From NCBI GenBank assembly GCA_965363345.1, contig CBDTTT010000001.1:1-34337 (forward strand): a DNA stretch of 34,337 nucleotides, written 5' to 3'. Shown in pieces: positions 15,499 to 23,150 of this stretch; position 1 is the stretch's first letter; the number at the start of each line of letters is the position of its first letter. Under the pieces are notes generated by a model, which was not told where the DNA came from, did no database searches, and worked only from the letters and a program-made list of their open reading frames with translations. The position numbers were made by a program, and so were the translations under genes. The stretch comes from an uncultured Chromatiales bacterium (lineage in GTDB: Bacteria > Pseudomonadota > Gammaproteobacteria > Steroidobacterales > GCA-2729495).

Positions 15499-16605
15499 AT
15501 GAAGTCGGTGAATGTCAGAGGAGCCCAATGTATAGGGCGGTGGTGTTTACGACTTGCGCCTGTCATATGCGCGCTATTTTTCGTTTCTGTGAGTGCTGAA
15601 GAGACTAGCCATCAGCATGATGCTCATCACATGAGCAATACCGATATGGATGAGCAGGGCCGACGCCTCTATGGCGAGCGACATCAGGTAACTGATGCAG
15701 CGGCAGATGAGTTGCGTGGCCGTATCGATCAGTTTGCCGGAGCTGATACGGCAATGATTCAGACGGTGATGGACCGAATGGATTCTAACTACGAATGGTA
15801 TGTCAGTGATCTCCAATTGCGTGGTGGTACTGGCGTCATGATTCTTGCTCATGGGTTCCGTGCTTCCGGAGACAATATTTTTCGACAGCGCCTTGAGCCT
15901 CTGGCTGATCAGAACCCTACTGCACTCGCACTTGGCATGAGCATGATGATGTCAGACCACATTCAGCTAGCTGTCGATGACCTCGAGGCGGCTGGTGCAG
16001 AGCGCATAGTAGTAGTGCCGGTGGTGAGCAACAGCTCGAATAGCTTAATGCGGCAATGGCAATACATTTTTGGTATTAGCGACGAGCCGGCATACACGGC
16101 AGTGCCGCGGGTTAGTGCTGATGCCGAACTGTTATTTGCGAAGCCACCCGGCGACCATCCGCTGATTCAGGAAGTTCTTGTCGATTATGCTAAAGAGATA
16201 AGTCAGGAACCAAAGAAGGAGTTTTTGCTTCTCGTGGCACACGGTCCTGAATCAGAGGCTGACAATCAAATAGCCCTAGCTATGCTGAATGGCATGTTAG
16301 GCGAAGTTCAGCATGAAATCGGTTTTGCAGGTGCTGGTGTCGCCTCGCTTCAGGACGACGCGCCTACAGCTGTGCGGACCGCAAATATTGCAGCAATGCG
16401 TGCAATGGTGGAGCAGGCCCAGGCAGATGGTTACAAGGTTCTGGTGATAACCAACCTGTTAGGCGCAAGAACGGCGCAGGCAGAGCTACGCAGGAGCCTT
16501 AGAGGCCTGAGTTATACATTTAATGCGAAAGGCATTGTGCAGCACGATAACTTTATTCGCTGGATCGAAGCCTCTGTCGCTGAGGCGACTGCACCTGAGT
16601 CCTGA
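15499..16605 (+). CDS. Exported class II chelatase-like protein with a His-rich N-terminus, copy 2 (paralogue of 13605-14708).
   Basis: It shares NYEWYVSD, ILAHG, GMSMMMSDHIQ, VDDLEAAGA, QWQYIFG, DHPLI, AHGPE and LQDDA with copy 1. The signal peptide ends FFVSVSA-EE and the mature N-terminus is ETSHQHDAHHMSNTDMD. The start is uncertain and could be 15484, 15487 or 15499. Confidence 0.5.
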   Translation: MKSVNVRGAQCIGRWCLRLAPVICALFFVSVSAEETSHQHDAHHMSNTDMDEQGRRLYGERHQVTDAAADELRGRIDQFAGADTAMIQTVMDRMDSNYEWYVSDLQLRGGTGVMILAHGFRASGDNIFRQRLEPLADQNPTALALGMSMMMSDHIQLAVDDLEAAGAERIVVVPVVSNSSNSLMRQWQYIFGISDEPAYTAVPRVSADAELLFAKPPGDHPLIQEVLVDYAKEISQEPKKEFLLLVAHGPESEADNQIALAMLNGMLGEVQHEIGFAGAGVASLQDDAPTAVRTANIAAMRAMVEQAQADGYKVLVITNLLGARTAQAELRRSLRGLSYTFNAKGIVQHDNFIRWIEASVAEATAPES

Positions 16606-16609
16606 GTCT

Positions 16610-17254
16610 CTAGTTGATCTCAGGTGACTCTGTATCTTCGCTATCCAACTGCTGTTGCTCAATGGCAGCGGTAATCTCTTTTGCGATTTCGGCTAGAAGA
16701 TTACTGAGTGCCTCAGCGTGGTCTGAATAGCTGCTGGATGATGCTTGCTGTGTAGTTGTTGAGCGTGTTACGTAGTAAACGGTCTTGACGTTCACGTCTG
16801 ACAAAGCCCACTGCATGCTTAGTGTGGCTAGTTGGTCTGCATCCACATCGAATCGAGTTACTGTCCCAATTACACGTAAAGTGGTTATTTCGCTGGCCTC
16901 GTTTCCAATCCCAAATTCGTGTACCCAGTCGCTGCCGAGTTCTTTCGAAATATTGACTGTTAGTACTCTCGTAAATCCCCGCTCCAGCGGTTCGATCCAA
17001 CGATCGTACTCAGCTACGTTCATCTGATTGTCTTTCCCGCGGGTTACCATTTGCGGGCGATTCAGGTACCTGGGCATGTAGATAGGCCCTACCCTTAACG
17101 ATACATCTCTTGTTGGCGATACAGTGCTATCAATCACTGTTTCCTGAAGCGTGTAGTAACGGCTTGCCGGTGAGGAGCTGCAGGCCCCTAGTAGTGTTGT
17201 AACAATGACCACTAAAAGAATCGTTGTTGACGTTTTAACAGATTGTGAATACAT
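16610..17254 (-). CDS. PqiC/YmbA-like (DUF330) ABC-transport auxiliary lipoprotein.
   Basis: It has a lipobox followed by the family hallmark (LLGAC-SSSPASRYYTL). It lies immediately downstream of the MCE gene. The ATG at 17254 has SD AGGTGA, and the GTG at 17266 is an alternative start. Confidence 0.75.
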   Translation of the reverse strand: MYSQSVKTSTTILLVVIVTTLLGACSSSPASRYYTLQETVIDSTVSPTRDVSLRVGPIYMPRYLNRPQMVTRGKDNQMNVAEYDRWIEPLERGFTRVLTVNISKELGSDWVHEFGIGNEASEITTLRVIGTVTRFDVDADQLATLSMQWALSDVNVKTVYYVTRSTTTQQASSSSYSDHAEALSNLLAEIAKEITAAIEQQQLDSEDTESPEIN

Positions 17255-17266
17255 ATCGGGTGTCAC

Positions 17267-18247
17267 CTATTTCTTACCGCGAACCAGCGCTTCGGGGTGT
17301 TGTTCGAGGTAGTCTGCCAGCACCCTGATTGAACGGGCAGCATCAGATACTTCTTCAAGCGTTTGAGAAAGCTGCACAGATAACACCGACTCCCCATCCA
17401 GCTGACTGCGTGCGGCAAATAAGAATGCTTCGGCCTGTTCCAGCGTGCCTGCGAGGTTGGTGATGGCAGGTCCAACATTTTCATCAAGGTCATCGATAAG
17501 CACCTGCGCGCTATTGATGGCGGCAGTCAGGTCTTTGACGGCCTTGCTCATATCTTGAGGAAGGGCCTGAGTACCTTGATCATTGATAAGCGTGTCGATG
17601 CCGGCAAATGCGCTGCGTAACTCCGCTGAGTTGGCGAGCTGGTCAACACCATCGAGAATGCTGGTAACTTTCTTGCTAAGTTCTTTTACATCAAGTCCCT
17701 GTTGGAGCTCAGAGAAGAATCGCTGCGCGTCTTCAATTGCTTGCGTGATACCCGAGGTCACAGTGGGGATTTCCGGATAGGGAACCGTCTTGTTTTGAAA
17801 TACCGCCTCAGTATCGGGCTGAAAATCGAGTTCAATCATAAGCTGGCCAGTCACAAAGCTTTCTGAATCGAGCTGGGCACGAAGGCCTGCATTGATCCAC
17901 TCATCAATACTGAACCTGTTAACGGCCTTGGCGCGGGATACTTCTTCATTGCCCTGAATGAAGCTGAACTGTTCGGGGTCTATTTCGTAGACAACAGGTA
18001 TGAGGGTGTCTAGATTATCGAGCGATGCTATTAGCTTAATGTCTGTGACATAACCGACCCGCACACCACGAAACAGCACGTTTGACCCAACCCTTAGGCC
18101 TTTTACCGAGCCGCTGAAGTAACTGACGAATTGAGATTTATCTTTGAATATCTCGCTGCCGCCAAAGAGCATTGCCGATATGGCGAACAAGGCGATGGCC
18201 CCTATTACAAAGCTGCCAATGAGAGCTGGATTTGATTGTTTACTCAT
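17267..18247 (-). CDS. MCE-domain (MlaD/PqiB-like) substrate-binding protein with a long helical C-terminal extension.
   Basis: It has an N-terminal TM (ALIGSFVIGAIALFAISAMLF), an MCE core (FSGSVKGLRVGSNVLFRGVRVGYVTDI) and an Ala/Leu/Gln-rich helical tail of ~150 aa. Confidence 0.8.
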   Translation of the reverse strand: MSKQSNPALIGSFVIGAIALFAISAMLFGGSEIFKDKSQFVSYFSGSVKGLRVGSNVLFRGVRVGYVTDIKLIASLDNLDTLIPVVYEIDPEQFSFIQGNEEVSRAKAVNRFSIDEWINAGLRAQLDSESFVTGQLMIELDFQPDTEAVFQNKTVPYPEIPTVTSGITQAIEDAQRFFSELQQGLDVKELSKKVTSILDGVDQLANSAELRSAFAGIDTLINDQGTQALPQDMSKAVKDLTAAINSAQVLIDDLDENVGPAITNLAGTLEQAEAFLFAARSQLDGESVLSVQLSQTLEEVSDAARSIRVLADYLEQHPEALVRGKK

Positions 18248-18259
18248 ACAAACAGTTTC

Positions 18260-19069
18260 CTATGGTGCCTGGTCATTTTTAGATGCGTCATTGGCGGTAT
18301 CTTTCTCTGGGGCAGCTTTGCCCCGTAGCAGGAAGTTTCTCACATCAAATATGGGTGAGGAATCCCTGAGTGCTGTGGGATTGCCTGTGGCTAGCTGCGT
18401 GCGTGTTACGGGGTCCAGAAATACTGAGTTGTTGCCAATATCAAAAATACTGGAAAGCTCATGTGTGACAACTACCACGGTTGTTTTCAGGCTATCACGA
18501 ATTTCAAGAATGAGATCGTCGAGTAGTTTGGCGCTGATCGGATCGAGGCCGGCAGAGGGCTCATCAAAAAACAAAATTTCCGGATCCATTGCCATGGCAC
18601 GCGCGAGTCCTGCACGCTTTTTCATACCGCCGGAAATTTCACTCGGATAGTAATCGTCGAACCCGGCAAGACCTACCAGCGATAATTTGTAGGCACAGAT
18701 TTCACTAATTTCGCGTTCACTGAGGCTAGTGTACTGTTTTAATGGCAGGGCAATATTCTCGGCAAGCGTCATTGAACTCCACAGCGCACCGCTCTGGAAC
18801 AGAGTGCCGAACTTTTGCTTCATGCCGAGTTGGGTCTCTGCGTCAGCGCTCCAGAAGTCACTGCCATCGTAGCTAACGGAGCCGGTGTCGGGTTGTTTAA
18901 GGCCGATCAGGCACTTGAGCAGCGTGCTCTTACCACAGCCGCTGCCGCCCATGATGATGAATACGTCACCGTGATTGACGGTGAAGTTGAGGTTCTGCTG
19001 AATAACGAAGTCACCGTAAGCCATGGTCATATTGCTGACGGTAATGTGAGGACGGGCGGCATCAGTCAT
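18260..19069 (-). CDS. MlaF-like ABC transporter ATP-binding protein.
   Basis: It has Walker A GGSGCGKST, signature ISGGMKKRAGLARAM, Walker B ILFFDEPSAGLDP and VTHE. Confidence 0.9.
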   Translation of the reverse strand: MTDAARPHITVSNMTMAYGDFVIQQNLNFTVNHGDVFIIMGGSGCGKSTLLKCLIGLKQPDTGSVSYDGSDFWSADAETQLGMKQKFGTLFQSGALWSSMTLAENIALPLKQYTSLSEREISEICAYKLSLVGLAGFDDYYPSEISGGMKKRAGLARAMAMDPEILFFDEPSAGLDPISAKLLDDLILEIRDSLKTTVVVVTHELSSIFDIGNNSVFLDPVTRTQLATGNPTALRDSSPIFDVRNFLLRGKAAPEKDTANDASKNDQAP

Positions 19070-19071
19070 CG

Positions 19072-20199
19072 TTATATCCCCACATTAATGTAAATGACGG
19101 TGAGTATGGCAGCACTGACAACGATCATGACAATACCCATTACGACAGCTTTGGTTGTTGCCTGGCCTACCGCCATGGCGTTGTTGCCACAGTTCAAACC
19201 CTGCATGCAGCCCGCAAGAGCGACGAGGCTGCCATAGACTATAGATTTGAATAGTCCGCCAAATAATGTGCTCAGATCTACCGCTGCTTGGGTCTGCACC
19301 AAATATTGAATGGCGCTGATATCGAGCATAGCGACACCGACAGCAAGCCCGCCGAGTATGCCCATTAGGCTGCTGTACATAGTGAGCAGCGGCATCATGA
19401 TGATGAGGGCAATAACCCGTGGCAGTGCCAGAAAGTCGATGGGGTCTATGCCCAAGGTTGTCAGGGCATCAATCTCTTCATTTACTTTCATCGTGCCGAT
19501 TTGTGCTGCATAAGCTGCACCGGTGCGACCCGCCATGATTATGGCCGTCATAATAGGTGCCATTTCGCGAACCATGGCGACGGCAACCAGGTCGGCGGTG
19601 TAAATGCCGGCGCCAAAGCTAGTCAGTTGCATCACGCCAACGAAAGCAAAAATCATGCCGATCAAAAAGCTGATTAGGCTAACGATAGGAAATGCCTCGG
19701 CCCCGGCCTCCTGAATAATGACCACGAGATCCGATTTCAGATAATTGGCCTTGCCTTTGAAGAACCGGCCTATAGACAGGGCTAGTTGTCCGACGAATTC
19801 ATTGATCTCTTTAAGTGATTCCCAGAGTTCGATACTGGCATTGCCGACATCTGTCGCAAGGCTTGTTTCAATAGTTTTTTTGCGCGCGCCCTCACGTTCT
19901 TCAACAGCGAACGCAAGGCGGAGTAGGCTAGCCGCCCCTTCAGGCAGGCCGTCAAGATTGACGTCTATGTTATGCCGGATGCAGTGGGTGTAAATACTGA
20001 CGAGAGCGGTTAGCAGTCCTGTATCCCAGCCCTCAAGAGCCTCGCAGTTAAAGCTAAGCTGCGTCGAGCTTTCAGGTATTGCAGCGACAATGTCATCAAC
20101 ACGTGGTCGGCCAGCATCCATGAGCCATTCCCCTGAAAACAGGACAATAGGATTGCTTTCATTTGAGCAATCAATAGCTACTTTTGCTGCTGCTTTCAT
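19072..20199 (-). CDS. MlaE-family ABC permease with an N-terminal STAS-like (MlaB-like) extension.
   Basis: The C-terminal ~260 aa match the MlaE pattern (FPIVSLISFLIGMIFAFVGVMQL...AMVREMAPIMTAIIMAGRTGAAYAAQIGTMKVNEEIDAL...). The first ~110 aa are soluble, with a STAS-like layout (VLFSGEW...LSFNCEALEGWDTGLLTAL). Confidence 0.8.
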   Translation of the reverse strand: MKAAAKVAIDCSNESNPIVLFSGEWLMDAGRPRVDDIVAAIPESSTQLSFNCEALEGWDTGLLTALVSIYTHCIRHNIDVNLDGLPEGAASLLRLAFAVEEREGARKKTIETSLATDVGNASIELWESLKEINEFVGQLALSIGRFFKGKANYLKSDLVVIIQEAGAEAFPIVSLISFLIGMIFAFVGVMQLTSFGAGIYTADLVAVAMVREMAPIMTAIIMAGRTGAAYAAQIGTMKVNEEIDALTTLGIDPIDFLALPRVIALIIMMPLLTMYSSLMGILGGLAVGVAMLDISAIQYLVQTQAAVDLSTLFGGLFKSIVYGSLVALAGCMQGLNCGNNAMAVGQATTKAVVMGIVMIVVSAAILTVIYINVGI

Positions 20200-20413
20200 A
20201 CGCCCTGACTGGGAGCCTCGATATAGGGTGTTGAGTGGTATCTATGAGCCAACAAAGTAACACATTGAAGGTTTTCTCAGTGAATTGTCCTGCCCATTTG
20301 TGATATCGCCAATTGTGCTAAATCATGGCATGGGTAATGCTTTATTAGGAACCGGTTCCGTGTGACAATTCATTCGGAGAAGAGAACTTAGCGTATGCGG
20401 GGAGTTAAATTTA

Positions 20414-21088
20414 GTGGGTAGTTATATATCAAAAATTTTTGGGGCATCGCCTGTTGCGCCGATTCAGGATCACATGGAGCTTTGTTATAAAGCTGCGAAA
20501 GAATTAATCGTTTTTTTTGAGGCGGTCAATGGTGGTGACTGGAATAAGGTCACCCAATCTCGTGAGAAGATTGTCAGGCTCGAGAACGAAGCCGATGATG
20601 CGAAAAAACAAATTCGCATGCAGTTATCGAAAGCTTTGTTTATGCCGGTTGCCCGTGGTGACTTGCTTGACCTGGTTCTGGTTCAGGACCAAATACCCAA
20701 CCTTGCCCGTGATGTTTCTGGTTTGGTTATCGGGCGCAAGATGACGATTCCAGACAGCTTGCAAGAACCGTTTATTGCTTTTGTTTCCCGTAATGTTGAT
20801 GCCGCGAAGGGCGCTCGCAAAACTATTCGCGAGCTGGATGAGTTGTACGAAACCGGTTTCCGTGGTGCAGAGGCAGAGCTGGTTGTCCGTTTGATTAGTG
20901 AGTTGGATCAAATAGAAAACGATACTGATGAGCTGCAAGCGAAGCTGCGTAAGATATTGTTTGGTATAGAAAAAGATTTATCTCCGATTGATGTGATGTT
21001 TTTGTATCGGGTGATTGAATCGATTGGTGACATTGGTGATATGGCCGAACGCATTGGCCGTCGCCTCGAACTTTTGATGAATCACTGA
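20414..21088 (+). CDS. DUF47/TIGR00153 PhoU-like phosphate-transport accessory protein.
   Basis: It starts at GTG with SD GGGGAG. The product is helical (ENEADDAKKQIR...IENDTDELQ...IGDIGDMAERIG) and sits in the canonical position directly upstream of a PiT gene. Confidence 0.8.
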   Translation: MGSYISKIFGASPVAPIQDHMELCYKAAKELIVFFEAVNGGDWNKVTQSREKIVRLENEADDAKKQIRMQLSKALFMPVARGDLLDLVLVQDQIPNLARDVSGLVIGRKMTIPDSLQEPFIAFVSRNVDAAKGARKTIRELDELYETGFRGAEAELVVRLISELDQIENDTDELQAKLRKILFGIEKDLSPIDVMFLYRVIESIGDIGDMAERIGRRLELLMNH

Positions 21089-21096
21089 GTACAGAC

Positions 21097-22347
21097 ATGG
21101 AACATGCAACTATATATTTGCTGCTTGCGGCCGCCTTTGGCTTATTTATGGCCTGGGGTATCGGTGCAAACGATGTCGCAAATGCCATGGCGACATCAAT
21201 TGGTTCAAAAGCATTAACGATTAAGCAGGCAATAATCATTGCCGCAATTTTCGAATTTGCCGGGGCAGTTCTCGCCGGAGGTGAGGTTACTTCAACTATC
21301 CGTAAAGGCATGGTCGACTCTGACGCATTTGCCGCACAACCCGAACAACTGGTATTCGGGATGCTTGCGGCATTGCTGTCAGCGGGCACTTGGTTGCTCA
21401 TTGCATCCAGGAAAGGTTGGCCGGTATCAACTACGCACTCAATTGTTGGCGCAATTGTCGGTTTTGCTGCAGTCGGCTTGGGTATGGAGTCCGTCAAATG
21501 GGTCAAGATTGGCACCATTGTCGCGAGCTGGGTTATTTCACCGGTTTCCGCGGGTATTTTTGCTTACTTGATATTTTCGTCCATTCAAAAGCTCATTTTA
21601 GGCCAGAGTGATCCTTATGAACGGGCGCAGCGTTATGCGCCGTTCTATATATTTGCCACGATTTTCCTTATTACTTTGGTGACTTTGTTTAAGGGGCTTA
21701 AGCACGTAGGTTTGGATTTAACTACTGGCGAGGCATATATGTTTGCCGCCATATTTGCCGGGGTTATCGCTCTGGCGGGCAAGTTCCTCGTACAGCGAGT
21801 TAAGATTGATAAAAATGCTGATAAAGACTTTCACTTCGCATCGGTAGAGAAAGTTTTTGCAGTTCTTATGGTTATTACAGCCAGCGCAATGGCTTTTGCA
21901 CATGGCTCTAATGATGTGGCCAATGCTATTGGTCCGGTTGCCGCGATTATCAGTGTTGCGCAAACTGGCCAGGTTGCTCAGGAGGCTCCGTTGCCGTTTT
22001 GGGTTTTGGTGCTTGGTGGGCTAGGTATCGTTGTTGGTCTCGCTACGTACGGACGTAAAGTGATAATGACTGTCGGCAGTAATATTACGTCTCTAACGCC
22101 AAGCCGTGGCTTCGCCGCTAATCTGGCAGCAGCATTTACGATTGTATTTGCATCCGGCACAGGCATGCCGGTTTCAACCAGTCATGTATTGGTTGGCGCG
22201 GTAATGGGTGTTGGTTTCGCCCGTGGTATCAGCGCTATTAATCTGGCAGTAGTTGGCCGGATTTTCTTATCGTGGGTTATTACTATTCCTGTCGGCGCAG
22301 TTTTATCAATTATCTTCTACTTTATCCTGCGGACAATCTTTAGCTAG
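21097..22347 (+). CDS. PiT-family inorganic phosphate transporter.
   Basis: It has the duplicated signature GANDVANAMATSIGS / GSNDVANAIGPVA and is polytopic (~10 TM). Confidence 0.9.
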   Translation: MEHATIYLLLAAAFGLFMAWGIGANDVANAMATSIGSKALTIKQAIIIAAIFEFAGAVLAGGEVTSTIRKGMVDSDAFAAQPEQLVFGMLAALLSAGTWLLIASRKGWPVSTTHSIVGAIVGFAAVGLGMESVKWVKIGTIVASWVISPVSAGIFAYLIFSSIQKLILGQSDPYERAQRYAPFYIFATIFLITLVTLFKGLKHVGLDLTTGEAYMFAAIFAGVIALAGKFLVQRVKIDKNADKDFHFASVEKVFAVLMVITASAMAFAHGSNDVANAIGPVAAIISVAQTGQVAQEAPLPFWVLVLGGLGIVVGLATYGRKVIMTVGSNITSLTPSRGFAANLAAAFTIVFASGTGMPVSTSHVLVGAVMGVGFARGISAINLAVVGRIFLSWVITIPVGAVLSIIFYFILRTIFS

Positions 22348-22402
22348 TTATCTATTGCGCGTATATCAAGCCAAATACTATTGGTGCAGAATGTGCGGAC
22401 AC

Positions 22403-22443
22403 AAAAAAGGGGTGAGCATTGCTGCTCACCCCTTTTATTTTTA
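22403..22443. terminator. Bidirectional rho-independent terminator.
   Basis: The stem GGGGTGAGCA / TGCTCACCCC has a TTGC loop, is preceded by AAAAAA and is followed by TTTTATTTTT. It lies between convergent genes. Confidence 0.85.
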
Positions 22444-22464
22444 CTCGCGATGTTCTGCTGAGTT

Positions 22465-22827
22465 TTAAGGCATTATCCAGTCGCCGCCCTGGAAGCCGCA
22501 GCCGATTTCCAGACCGTCAACTTCGCCGCTCATGTACAGGACTTTCATATCGCCCATGTCGCATGTGCCAACGAGTCCTTCTGTTGGGCAAGCGCCTTCT
22601 GCATGTGTTGCATCTGCATTGTCAGCTGCTCCACCTAGTTCTGCGCATGACTCAGCGCCAACAGGCTCCTGACAAACATCAAATGGGCCGGCAAACATGT
22701 TTTCCTGAACGTAGCTGCATGCACCTTCGCCAGTAATTTCAACGCCACCGTCATGAGCACCTGCCATTGCCAGATTTGTTCCAGCAATTGTCAACAGTAA
22801 TGCACCAAGAATTCGAATAGATTTCAT
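22465..22827 (-). CDS. Small secreted acidic Gly/Cys-rich protein of unknown function.
   Basis: From the ATG at 22827 the product begins MKSIRILGALLLTIAGTNLAMA-GA (Sec signal). The mature ~98 aa contain 6 Cys and many D/E/G residues. The gene is monocistronic, lying between a 310-bp upstream region and the terminator. Confidence 0.6.
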   Translation of the reverse strand: MKSIRILGALLLTIAGTNLAMAGAHDGGVEITGEGACSYVQENMFAGPFDVCQEPVGAESCAELGGAADNADATHAEGACPTEGLVGTCDMGDMKVLYMSGEVDGLEIGCGFQGGDWIMP

Positions 22828-23150
22828 ATTAAGTCTCACTCACTTTTATGTATGTAAATTTCAAAACGGATAATAACAAAATCGGTTGACCCGTCAGCCT
22901 GCCGATTTAAACATATTCGCGACTGGTCGCAAGGTGGACAAGGGTGCCTGATGTTGTCTGGCAGGCATCGGCCTATCTGGCCGATATGTCGCAGTGATAT
23001 GGTACATCGGTGGATTGAGGCTTAAGGGAGGAGAGGCATGGTGAGGTGGCATCCGCTACGGAGTGACCGTGTCGCATATCTAAAAATCGCCTAAGCTACT
23101 GATATATATTCCTAATAATCACTTAGATTGGTTTTAAGCAGGGGCTTACT

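Noticed and set aside
20283-20306. A possible Pho box (AATTGTCCTGCCCATTTGTGATAT) upstream of the DUF47-PiT genes.
   Set aside because: It is only a loose resemblance to the CTGTCAT-N4-CTGTCAT consensus. Both half-sites carry several mismatches and the spacing is off by one, so the match does not rise above chance.
21239-21611. Alternative-frame ORFs (110 aa and 73 aa) and a 207-aa antisense ORF (20895-21518) over the start of the PiT gene.
   Set aside because: They are embedded in a gene with an unambiguous duplicated GANDVAN signature. Their products are low-complexity with no independent start signals.
22419-22736. A 105-aa plus-strand ORF opposite the small Cys-rich protein gene.
   Set aside because: It starts inside the terminator hairpin, has no SD and is Arg/Leu/Cys/His-rich. 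The minus-strand ORF has a textbook signal peptide and sits correctly relative to the terminator.
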